DNA from: Tricharina praecox
Lineage: Eukaryota
DNA length: 64,000 bases
Direction of reading: 5' to 3'
NCBI RefSeq assembly: GCF_024521635.1
Contig: NW_026250404.1
Span: 806,001 to 870,000, forward strand
Positions 24,681 to 36,800 of the stretch are shown here, one piece after another. Position 1 is the stretch's first letter; each line of letters starts with the position of its first letter. The notes below the pieces were generated by a model. The model saw only the letters and a program-made list of their open reading frames with translations, had not been told where the DNA came from and made no database searches. Position numbers and translations under genes: made by a program.

Positions 24681-27600
24681 TTAGAAATAATCGCGATCCC
24701 GGCTGGGATCGTACCTGTCGTTGGGAACGACAGGCAACTCCGGGTCTATTGCTGGTGTCGCGTTATCGTCCCAAATGTGGGGAGGGCAATCGCGAAGGAA
24801 CGTATCTGCAAAATCCGAAACCGGTGACAGGTCCTCCCCTCCCAGTGGCGCATCTCTGTTGGCGTTGGCATTGACGAAACAGTCGACCGGTGTCCGTGCT
24901 TGCCATGACGGATATGTGTACGCCGAGACATCGCTGTGCGTGGCATTTATGGCCTCGACAGCCACTGCCGGGTTGCGGAAAAGGATCGGAGCCGGCTCGA
25001 AGTTCCTACCCTCATCCGGGCTCTGTATGTAGGCCGGGGAGATTCCCATGGGCGGAGATTCGCGCCGCGGATAAAGAAGGGGAGGGAAGGAATTGACCGG
25101 CGCAATTTCGGGACTGCATTCCTGCATGGTACCTGGCGAGAGGTCGTCGAGGCCATACATAGGAGACGAGTCGGTGGACCCGTCGACGATGCCCATCATC
25201 GGTGTCGCGTAGGCGCTAGATGTCTCCGACTGGGGCGGCTGCACCCCGGTAGTCATGTGGGCCGGTGCTGACGATGGCGAGGATATGCGGGACCGAGGAG
25301 GAAGTGCCCGAGGGGACGAGACTTGGCTACATCTACCTCCCGCGCTCCCCTGTCTTGCTTTCCCTCGAACCGACCGGGTACGTTTGTATTCGTATCCATG
25401 AGCCTTCTCCATGTGTTGCTTCACATTGCTTTCCCGCCGACTCGAATATCCGCAATTATAGTTACAGACTTTCATTGGGGTGCTCCTGTCATGCTTGTCC
25501 TGGTAGTGTCGGTCGCGATCCTTTTCGGCCGAAAACCCAGTGATGTGATAATTGCACTTTGGAACCGTGCACTTGTAGGGCCTGTCATGGGTTTTCACAT
25601 GCTTCCTACAGTCATCGGTCAGCATGCATGTCCGATCGGGATATATTCAAAGACCTAACTCACTTCAAGTCACATGCCCGTGGGAAACATTTGGTGCATT
25701 TCTCGCAGCAGTGGGACTTGGGCTCTGCTGTGGATCTTGAGGCATTTCGGCGTCGTGAGGGGCCAGGGGAGGTGGAGCTCTCGCTGGGCGCTAGTGTCGA
25801 AGGAGAATCCGGAAAATTCCCGGCTTGACTTGAGTTGCCCGACATGGTTGCAAGGGCTCGGGGCACAGTTGAATTTGCGCTTCGTTTATGTTGTTGTAAC
25901 TGTGGTGTCGTGGCAATATTCACATCGTTGTAATTAAAAGGCGAGAAAGGTGGACTGAAGACGTGGGTTTCAGTTGGCGGGCCGGTAGTTAAGTAAGAAG
26001 AGGTGGGGTCATAGAAGGGATTGGTGGGATCGGAGGGATCGGTATCAGGAGAAGCGCACCCGCGGGACTGGCTTGGGGGTTGCATGCTTATTATTCCAGC
26101 GACACGGTCGCACACCGCAGCACTAATACCTGCCGATACTCTCTCTTTGGACTCCTGGGAAGAAAATGTGTCGCATGCCTTGGTTCTCGGTCTCTTGCGA
26201 GTAGACCCGGCGTCTGATGGCCCGGGCTTAGTGAGCCTTTTAAGCGGTGTTAAGCTGTGTAGCACGCCCCCTTTCGCAAGTACACTAGGAACAAGCATTA
26301 TTATTAGCTTAGCGCTCACTAAGTAAATACTTAAAGTACCCCAGAGAGAATCGCATGGCAATTACCTCGTATTTCCGACGCTCGAAGTAGTGATATTCGT
26401 GGAGGTTGTTTGTCGCATGCTCTGTAGAACACTGCCCAATTCTTCTCGCTGAAGTTTGAAACGGACCTGGGCCGTACCGATGATCTTGTGCTGGGCGTCG
26501 AGGAAGTAGTTTTTGTTGTAAGGAAGATCTTGCGGACGGCAGAGGTCGGCGTCACAAAGCTGTGGCCAGAGCTGTTCGCTGCGCTCGAGGAATTCGAAGG
26601 AGAGTTGGAGATACGACGAAGGTGTGCATCCATCCGGCTGCTATTTTCAGACATAGTAAGTAACAAAGATCCATCGTGACAAGCGGGGAGGGGCGCGGAG
26701 TGGGGTTGATATACATGACCGAGTTCCAACAAGAGGACATTTTCAAGGTCTCTCAGTGTCGTTATCTTTCCATCGTCCATCCGTAGGTGTGCTTGTCGGA
26801 GGACGTTTCGAAATTCGGAAAGGGCGGGATTCTGCATCATGGGCCGCACGATATTCGCCGTGATGGTACGGTAGCCGCCATCTGTGAGTCTATCCGTCGA
26901 CGCCGTGGGAGATGCGAAGCCCTGGAGAGTGCGGCTAGGACTCGAGATGCTAGGCGGAGAATTGCGAACGCGGGCGTGCTTTGTTTGGTCTTCGAACATC
27001 GGCGGCGACGGCGCTGGGAAGAGACTAGGAAACATGGCCCCGTTTACTGTAATCATCAGTTTCCTCACAATAACAAACTCAAACCAGGTGAGACAGACGC
27101 TGATCTCGATTGTCAACGGCCTTTTCCTTTCCCCACCAAGGTTCCAGCAAGGGCTCGGGGCTGCTATCGTACCCCATGAACGGGGATTGGTAGCTCATGA
27201 GATGGGCAGTTGTCCCGGGGGAAGCCTCGCAGAATCCGGAATCACTCATGAAGCTCATAGCCACGCCGACCGGTGACTGGGACATATCCGAAAAGAAGCT
27301 GGCAGAAAATCGTCTCTCACGCTCTCCCGAGCGGGCCGCAACGTATTCAGATCCCAGGGTATCCCAGGATTTCTCCTGCTGCCCGTCGCCGCCCGTCATG
27401 ACGGTGTCGTCACTGGCGAAGCTCAGGCCGATACACATATCGTCTAGATCGCTCCGTTGCGTCGTGTCATCCGCGATCGTAGACACGGTATCGGCATCTA
27501 TATCGAGTGGCCAAGCATTGTCGTGAAGCGCTGCCGAGTAATTTGTGATGTTCGGGAGAGGATTGGCGCGGTCATGGACGGTTCGCGATTCGTGGGATCG

Positions 27601-27819
27601 GGCGTTCTCCTTGGCTTGGGTTTCTTGCAGCTGCACGACCTCTTCACTTGCAAGGTAATTTCGGATGTTGGCAACATGATTATGAGTTCTGTCGTCGCCC
27701 GCCGAAGAAGTCTCGGAGCGCCATGTGGAAACCCCTTTCGATTCCTTGGTGTACCTGTCGAACCCACTGGAAGACATGGTTTGGGGGGAATATACGGAAG
27801 ACTCGGCGGAAGAATTCAT
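24681..27819 (-). CDS. sltA: ACE1/SltA (StzA)-family three-finger C2H2 transcription factor, about 957 aa; exons 27819-27099, 27046-26715, 26640-26366, 26284-25664, 25605-24681
   Basis: Fingers CEKCTKCFPRACDLK|KHVKTHDRPYKCTVPKCNYHITGFSAEKDRDRHYQDKH...CNYNCGYSSRRESNVKQHMEKAHGYEYKRT match the ACE1/SltA pattern as I recall it (CDLTKHEKTHSRPWKC...RESNCKQHMEKAHGW). N-terminal motifs LRDLENVLL and RPQDLPYNKNYFLD also match the family. All four intron phases are consistent (total 2874 nt). The start codon and first donor (GTCTGT) are less certain. Confidence 0.9.
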
Positions 27820-30800
27820 AGTATTTCTATTCTGTGGAGGATCTGCGGCGGCTTCGGTAACCTGGATCGGTCGACAAGTGGTCCTTGGAAGAGAGTATGG
27901 CGCCGAAGGATATGGCGACGATATATCGGTGTCACTGGATGAACAGGAGGAATGTGGGCATGTGCTTGCGTGTAATGGGCGATACTGAAGGGTACTGAAG
28001 GAAAGTTAACATCAGAGCGAATTCCAAAATAAAGACGAAAAAAAAGATGCGAGAGGCAAGGTGGGACAGAGAAGGTTTTTGTCGGCAATCCGACATGTCA
28101 TGACAGGTGTATGGGGCCAGGGCAGGAGGGATGGGGGATGGCGGGGGGTATGGATAATGGGCACGTACGTGGATTCTTGGCTTCTCTCCAATTTGTGACT
28201 AGAGTCGGACTCGTCAATCTGGTGGAGCACTGTCGTAAGGCTGCTGGGGGATTCTTGCGCGTCAGTTCGACTGATGATTCGTTTCGATTGTGAACGACAG
28301 GGGCCCGGCCATAGTACAAACACCGAGTGACAGTCTGCGGCAGCAGACTGTGCAGGAGTGACAAGTGGACAGAGGCAATGCAAGTGGACGAGTAGGAAAG
28401 GGGCCGAGACAGGACAGGACAGGACAGCACGAAGCAGTACTGAAACTAGGGGAGATGAAGGAGGAAAAAAGAAACTCGAACAAGCGACGGTGGTGGTGGG
28501 GGGGTTATGGGTCTGTAGGAGGCGGGCAGGCTCTGTACTGAGTATGTGTGTGCCGTACATACTCGTACAGTTTCCTTGCTAGCAAAGCACCTGCGCAATC
28601 ACGCGCATTCGCCGATGGAAATAATTACTGCGAGGGAGCGCATAGGGAAGATATGGTCTCGGTGATTGCGCACAATGGATGTGCTTCGGACCCGCTTGCG
28701 CACCACCACCACGGCCACCACCACCGAAACTGCACCAAGGCGTGGAACGAGTAAACGTGGCGGGGCACGGTGTGAGGGACGAACGGCAACGGGAGGACGG
28801 CTGCGCACCGGGGAAGGGACGAAAAACCAAACAGTGACAGGAAAGCAAAAAGGGACCGATCATCAACTCACCGCGACACGTTCCGGTCTACTGTGCTATC
28901 GATATCCATCATCATCATCGTCCAAACTCTCGGTACACACGATGCAAGCCGCGTGGGCGATCAGGATCAATGGAGCAAGCGATCTCGTTGGCTTGGGGCG
29001 GGTAGGGACTCGCAGGCCGGCCGGCGTGACCGCACACGCAAGGCTGGATAGCTAATTGGTTGGGTGTGGGTGGGTGCTCACGCACGTATGTAGAGGAAGA
29101 AGAAGAAGAAAAGTCAAGATCCCTGGCAGCTGACGTCGTTTGGCTTCGTCCGTGCGGTATCTCTCTATCGTAAAAGCTGACTTCGATGGAGGAAGGAAAT
29201 AAGAACCAGAGTGACAGTCAGGCGGATAGGAGATGGAAGGAATAGGGTATTTGGTAGTCGGCGGGGGTGTATAGAGGGTAGAGTAGATGGTGGTCTGTGA
29301 TATCCAAGACAACGATGGACAAATTGCGAACAGGCGGAGAACACAAGAGATCTGGGGGGGAGTGTGAGGAGGGAGGGGGAGACAAGGGCACCGAGACAGA
29401 TGGCTGACTATCTACTTGAGTATAGGAATGGCGGTAGTAGTGGGGGGAGGGGGTGGTAGGTGTGAGAGGAATTCTGAACCAACGATAACGAGAGGGAAGG
29501 GTGGCTGCTAGGGAGGCAAGTAACCGGTCCGGGAAAGGTGTGAGGACAGTGGCAGAGGGATAGCTGACGGTGGCTGGCAGCTCGCTGGCACAGGATGGCT
29601 TGATGGCTTGAGGATCGTAGACAGGGCTGAGGATTAGCAATTGATATGCACAAAATGGCCCCCAAAGTGCTGGAAAACGGGGAGAGTAGTTGGAGGGAGC
29701 AGCCAATGGAAATATATAAGAGGAGTAGGATAGCGACTGCGGCACAAAACAAGGCGAAGCGGGAAAGCGGAAGGGGCGATGCGGGGGGGTGGGGGTATTC
29801 GAGGGGGGGTTGTGTTGCGGGTGCGGTCGAACGAGGGTTTTTGGTCCCTGGTGTACTGGTTAGTACATACGGAAGGGACTGTCGTTGTCAACAAGAGTTT
29901 GATGGATAGAGGCGCATACGCATACATAGTAGGACGTACCTATCTCTGGGTCTCGACGTCTGAGCCCCACAAGTTTAGCGGCATCGATGTGCTCCAATGC
30001 TCCATAGGGTTGCGAGGTAGGTAGGCGGCTCAAAGGACGGAACCCGAGAAGCAGGGGGGGTGGGTAGCGGTAACGGCAGGGAGCAGTCTAGTCCTGGGCC
30101 AATCAGCCGCCCGGGCCCAAATGGCCAAAGTTGAGCCTCCATCTAGGCAGCAGCGGCTCTGCTCTTTTACCGCCAAGACGTCGAGAGTGCGCGCCGGCCG
30201 GGTCAGGGTTTTGCGTGCATTGCCGTAGAGTAGGCGTCGTTCGTCAATCGATTTCGAACGGCCCCAGAAGAAAAAAACAAAAACAAAAATACTCTACAGA
30301 CAGACATCAAAAGCGCCAGGAGCTTCCTAGATGGCTCCGCATTCCACCGGCAGAAAAAACCATCTGGTGACGCCCCGCTCTCGCCAGCTCTCTCGCCAGC
30401 CATTACTCGATGGGTGCGGTCCTGCCTGCTTGCCTCTGCAGAGTTCCACGGTCATGATGGCTGCCATCTCCTCCCTCAGTCGATGCCCACGTGTAGGATG
30501 GAAAGACAGACAGATACCCCCCCTCCGCCGCGCGTGCACCCGCTTTCTCGCTCTGGAGTCTGGAGAAACAATTAGGCATTGGACATGTACGCGATTTGTC
30601 GGTTGGTCTTCCTTGCACGGCCGGTTGCTGGTCAGTCTCTGTCGGGGCCCGCCCAGGGCCAGGCCCGAAGTGATGGCCGTGTTTCCGCATACTACATAAG
30701 GGCTTCTTGGGGTTGTACATGGGGCGTGGTCGGCGCGGGCCAGCAATTGTTGGGGTTTCCCGCCAATCGGAGTCGCGAGAGGGGCAGGTGGAAGCTACTT

Positions 30801-33800
30801 TAGAGATGATCAGAGATAACCATCCATCCAAAACCTTCGGGTTTGAAAGAAAAAACCAGCGTCGCTAAGGAATAGCCGGGCGTAAGAAGAATGTGCCTTG
30901 CTAAACGCCTGTGCGTTCTACGGTACGCACTATCGGTAGTAACGATGTATGGGCAATCTTCAGCACCTCAGCGCAACCATTCCTAAGTAAGTACCATGTA
31001 ACTCCCCCACTGCTACCACTACTGCTGCTGCGCTAACAAAAGCAAACTCCTCTCTCTCTTGCGTTCCCTTGTCCGACTCCGTCATGGCCCATGGTCCACT
31101 GCCACCACCATGAATCCGGTTGGTTTCAACCTCTGCTCGGCTACCACAGCCCGCGCCCGCAGGGCCGCAGCAGACAGAAAACAGTCAACCCTCGAAGGTT
31201 GCTAACCGGCTCCCCCGGCCCCCCGAGGAGGAGGAAGAGGTTCCCCGCCGAAATTCAACCCCATGCTCCTGTTTTTTTCTGGTAGAGTAGTTAGTCCCGA
31301 CTTAGCGAACACAGTGAGCAACTGAGCAACTGACCGCTGGTCCGGACGATTGGAAGACTGAAAAAAACTTCTGCTATGTCATAGCAACACGCGGTGAGGG
31401 TCTACCCGCTCGTAACTATGTCATGGCACAATAGGTCATACCAAGCGGATAACTTGAACAATAGTCAGTACGTACGTAGCTAGAAAATAGTACGACTCAC
31501 GAGAGGAGAACGGAGTGCAGTGCTCTCCGGCATCATAGCTCTTGGGCTGTGGTTGCCGCTGGTATGTCGGCAGTGTGCAAAATGCGGAGGGGAGCGCCTG
31601 CATGCCATAGGCTACTAAGAAGTCGGGACCGCCACAGCCCACGCCGTTGATGCGGTGACAGCTTACAAGCGAGACGTTTTCCCTTCCAAAACAAGGATTA
31701 GAGTAGTTACTGTGAAGCGGGCACTCGTCATCTGTAGCTTGCACTAGTAGTTTGTTTCCTCAGGTCTGATGAGTAAAGTCGAGACCATGATATGTGCCGA
31801 ATCCCACCCAGCTCCGGACGAACGACTCGATACGTATGGCTGTGTGCTGCAAACTAAACGTAATCCTCGGGACGGGAATTTTTAGAGGTTCGGCATCCGG
31901 AGAAGTCCTTGGTGGCTGGTGAGCTGGCCATAGTAAAGTACCTATGGTATGTACTGATGTGTTTGCTAAGAAAATTGGCATGATATGTGGATCGAGTGTC
32001 GAGACACAGAGGCCATATGCGAATTTGTATGGAGGATCCGGAGTATCGGGATGTTCCCACTGCGGGATTCGCAGCCGGAAGCCATAAACCTCCAAACACC
32101 CTCTTCTGGCAATCTGGGCCCCCCGCTTGCCCTATATTATAGAACGGCTGAAATACTCGTACCCAATGCATCCAGTGCATGCAATGCAACCGACGCACTC
32201 GATGAACTCACTTCCCCCATCCAGCAAGCCCAACACGACCAGCACACGCTGATCTCCCTCATCCATTATCTATCGTCCATCGTCCATCGTCCAGTGGAGA
32301 GGGTATGACGCTGCGGCGCTGGCCGCGGGATTCTCCTGGCTTCCGACAGGTTGATCGGATCGAAGCATCATTGCATCAACTTGCATCGTGAACGGTGACT
32401 CCCGGCGTTCAGCTAGAGTTCTGCAACGACATCAGCTGAAGCTGAAGCTGAAAGCCTGAAAGCCTGAAACCTATGTGCCATCCAGAAGTCGTACGAATGA
32501 TGAATCGTGGCCCTCTAGGGAAGGGGGGGGGGGGTGGTGGTGGTGGAGAAAGCTTGTCTCGACTCTCGACCGGCGAACCGTTTGTGTGAATCGTGATCAA
32601 CCGCCGGCGCCATCCACTCCTCCAATTGGCATCTTTGCCGCGGCTGACGCCCGTCCGCGCCCAGCGCCCTCTAGGTCGAGTACTAGTAGGTCTGCGGTCT
32701 TTGACGAAGACAAAGAAGAAAAAGAAAAAAAAAAGTAGTTGAATCCACAGCCCCGCACGCCGAGCTCCGAGCTCGATGCACCGCCTCACGGTTTTACTGG
32801 CGCGAGTGGACTCTCTTAGTTAATCTCGATTGAGAAAAGAACAGCAGTTTCGACTTTAATTGGTGCATACGATTGCGGGGGGTTAGGGGTTCTGTATAAG
32901 TATTTGGAAGAGGTGAGATTGTGCGTCCGTTAGAGGAAGGGGAGAGCGGGAGCCCAAGTTCCCTTTCTCGAGTCTCGGCACTCCACTTTCCGCTATTATG
33001 TATGCAAATCGCGATCCCGATTCTCCTCGCTCACCTCCGACAGTCGGCATCTGACCACATCTGGGTTAAGACGATCCCAAGGATCGATATGCATGCACTA
33101 CATACCTACATGCAATCATGGCCGCAAAAAAGCCGTCTCACCAAGAGATGTATCGAACGGGCCAGCCCTGTTTCGGGAGCATCCTCCGACAGCGAACACA
33201 ACCTGCAGCTGGATGCTGGGCCAACGCCGGAAAGGAAAAACCGTCGAGCTTGCGTGTGGCCGCTATCGTGATCAGTGCAATGCAGGTTCCGATACCCGCT
33301 CTTGGGAGACGTTGTCACGTTGGTGCCCTACACACTCACTCACTCACTCACTCACCAAGTTGCTGGTTACATAATACGGTACTGCCCCTGTATCGGCCCC
33401 CCCACGAAACACTATCCGGACATCGGGCCACCCATATGGGATATCCAACACCATCGTACCTGCTTCCGCTGTCGCAAGCAGGCAGGTGTCGCAGCTATCG
33501 CAGCTGTTGTCAGCGACCGTTCTCTATGGAGGATCCGGCAATGGACAGGTAACGGACGAGCAATGGGGTTCGACCAGTGAGATGCGCTTCGAAGATATTC
33601 GTCGGGGCTCCGCATCCCAGGAGCGACCTGCATACGCAGTACAGTTGGATACCGTATCATACGCAGAGGTATGATTAGTCGTACATATATTGACATGGTC
33701 CCGGTGCGTTCTCGAATCTCGACCTCGCAAAGTCAAGATCTTGGCCCGCCAGCGGCCACAGCCAATGGTTCTCAAGTCCCCCTGGTGCCAAGATGCTGGA

Positions 33801-36800
33801 ATGCGGAATGCGGAATGATGCTGATGCTGATGCTGACCCTGAGCGGCGCCCGCCCGCACAACTCCGATGAAAGAGAGACCTCCCCCATCATCCATCATCC
33901 ATCATCCATGCACGCAGCATGCAAGTAGAGTGTGTATAATATGTACAGTATCTAGACTCTAAAGTAGTACTATACTTGGATGTCGAACCAGTGGTCCGGT
34001 GGATCAACAGGCACTACATAGACGCGAACCCCCAAAGTTCCAACCACGGTGGTGGAGAACTTAAACCCCAGGGTCAACCCATCCATGCCTCCATCCACGC
34101 ATCCATCCATCTAACCCACAGTTTCGCTCTTGGTCCTGTGGGCCCTGGGGTGGGGTCCATGTCTCGGAGGTGCTGTTTAACTTCTGGCGACTCCAGACTC
34201 CAGAGTCCACCGGCTGAACCTGAACTCCTGAAGCCGAACCGTGCCATACCTACTAGTACCTGACATACGTTTCGAATCCCGTTTGTATGGCCGCCGTCGA
34301 CGATCCCCAGTGGCGTGGGGAGTGGAGTTGCGTGCGCGCGCATGCGGGGCTGAAGGATCGTCCGAAGGAACAATAGCGCCGACTTCGGGCGGGAGACATC
34401 GCACATCGCACATCACCGACGAGAGAGGGGTATGAAGTAGGAAAGTAGGCGCCGGTGTCGCGTCGTCGTCGCCGCCGCCCAACGCGGGTGCGTCACACAC
34501 AGCCGAGCAGGAAGATGTGCGCGATACAATATCTACACAGTTTAACTAGGTGGATATTTACATACATGTGGTGAAGCCGTGCATCCTGCAAGAGGCCTCG
34601 CACAATTTCCCAGCTCGCACATCGGACAAATCATCGTCGAGGATCTGGACTCTGGCGGGTCTGACAGTAGCACTTTGTTCGCATTCCGCGCGCGGGGCTC
34701 GCGGAATAGGTATGTACGTTGTATATAGGTGGTACAATTGTACAGTGTACACTTCGCGGCACCCGAATCGTCTGGGATGAACGCTGAATCGAATCGCTGA
34801 TGCTTCTTCTTCACCCCCATGGCATCGGTAGATCCCCCCCTCCACCCCCATACAGATCGATGGAGTTTACACCCCGACGACTGGCGAACGAGAAGAGCGT
34901 TAGGTTAGGTTGGCCATCCTCGTCGGTGAAATACCTAATACAGGGCAAGGCCAGACCAGACCGATTAAAGTTATCCCGGTTGGGCAGCCGAAAGGAAGGG
35001 AATGGATGGGAATGGAAGGGTCAGCCGGTCTCTAGTCTCTTGCCTCTTGTCTCCACTCTCGGGGAGGTGGAGGGGATGGCCAAGTGTTCTAGAAGGATGT
35101 AACCCCAGACGCCGTGTAATTTTGCCGCCTACCAATACCAATGGCAATACCAATACATACCTGCAGTGATAAGGCCACACACCGCTACTTAGGCACTCTA
35201 GTAAGTCAGATCAGGAGTGGGAACAAACAATAGACTATAGTATGTAAGTAAATCTGTACCGTTACGACGTGTCGAGTAATCCATTCCCTCTCCTTCTCCC
35301 TATCCTCCTCCTTTCGACTGGGCAAGCCGGGTGTCGCGATATGATCTGCGGTAATTATTCCTAGCTAGCCAGCCAGCTGAATGGGGGGTGAGTACGCACT
35401 CAACCCACCCATGCTGTCACCAGACAACCTTTTTGATCCTTCACCCATTTGTGCATTTGTGTCACAGCCCGCCTGTCTACCTGCCTGTCCGCCCCTCCGC
35501 CCAACTCCCGAGCCAACGGGAGTAAAGGAGAGCGGACGGCAGTCTGCGTGGGAAACTGGAAACGCGGTTTTTTTCTCTGTCAAGCATCAAGCAAGCTTAG
35601 GTATGTAGTTAACACAAGGGTGGGTGGTCGTCCCCCCCGACTCTTAGTAGGATGGATGGATGTAAGCGTTCCAATCGCGGAGCGACGAACACTGTCAGCC
35701 ATAGGTCGTATCAGAGCGTTTGCTCTTCTCACCCCCCCCCCCCCTCCTCGATGAGCCGTCGGTATCAGATCCAGAGTGATATAGGGTGGCTACTCTACCA
35801 TCGGCTGGTGTGGAAAACACATGTAACTACATTTAGGGTCATGTGGAATGATTCGATAGTAAGCAACTTCCGACTTCCGATCTAAAGCCTTAGTAGGATA
35901 CTCAAAGCAAAAAGACCCCTTTTCCGGCAACTACGTATGCAGGTTAGTAAAACATTAACATTCCAGCCTGCCAGCCTCTTGGTGTACCGGTAGTAGTAGG
36001 TAGGTAGACCCCCACTACCACTATCCCTCAAACCGTCGAACTCGTGTTATTCGCCCCAGCCGTCACATTGACATCTCCGGCTTACCGAGCTATGTACCTA
36101 CTTGCAAGCGCCAGGGCCCAGGAGTGGCAACAAACGGGCGGACCATTGTGATGTATATACTACTATACACAGACCCAGTAGAGCAAGAATAAACTACTGA
36201 AACACAGGGTGTGTGTGCGTGTGTGTATGCTCTGCTCGCGCGGCGGAAATAAGTATGTATTTAGCGGCGTTCGCAATGGGGGTATCATGTTCTCAATACT
36301 TGCCTGGAACAGCCATGTCTGATGTCTCTGGAGCATCGGTGCGGACCCACTTCCCACTTCAGATTGCTATATGCACGGACAAGGGATAACATGAAAGTTT
36401 TTTCGTTTCGTTTCGTTTCGGGACATGGCCAGTCTCCTGAATTTCTTCCATCTCTTTGCTTTCTTTGCCAGATCTACTACCAACTACTTCTTATTTACGT
36501 GGTCACTCTATTCCCGCCCCACACGAGAACAGTCAGCGATGAGTGGCTAATAATCTTTCCGAGACAAGTGCAACTTCGGACTTCGGACTAACACGATGCT
36601 ACCAGTAGAGGTTGAGTGATGCGCAGCACAGAGCACCGTAAGGGATGCCGAGCTCGAGCTCCTGATTTCTAAACCGACCCATGATCCATGGCTCGGCGGA
36701 CCACTGCTGCTCATATCATTGTATGTACGTATGTAAGTACTGCGCGCACCACCAACATCGGATCACTAATTCACAGTCTCCCACTACATCTCTTATTTCC

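Noticed and set aside
27820..30600. AGGCA motifs as SltA/ACE1 autoregulatory sites
   Set aside because: Only scattered pentamers at roughly chance frequency; no cluster.
34265..34290. gtttcgaatccc resembling a tRNA T-loop
   Set aside because: No matching acceptor, D or anticodon stems.
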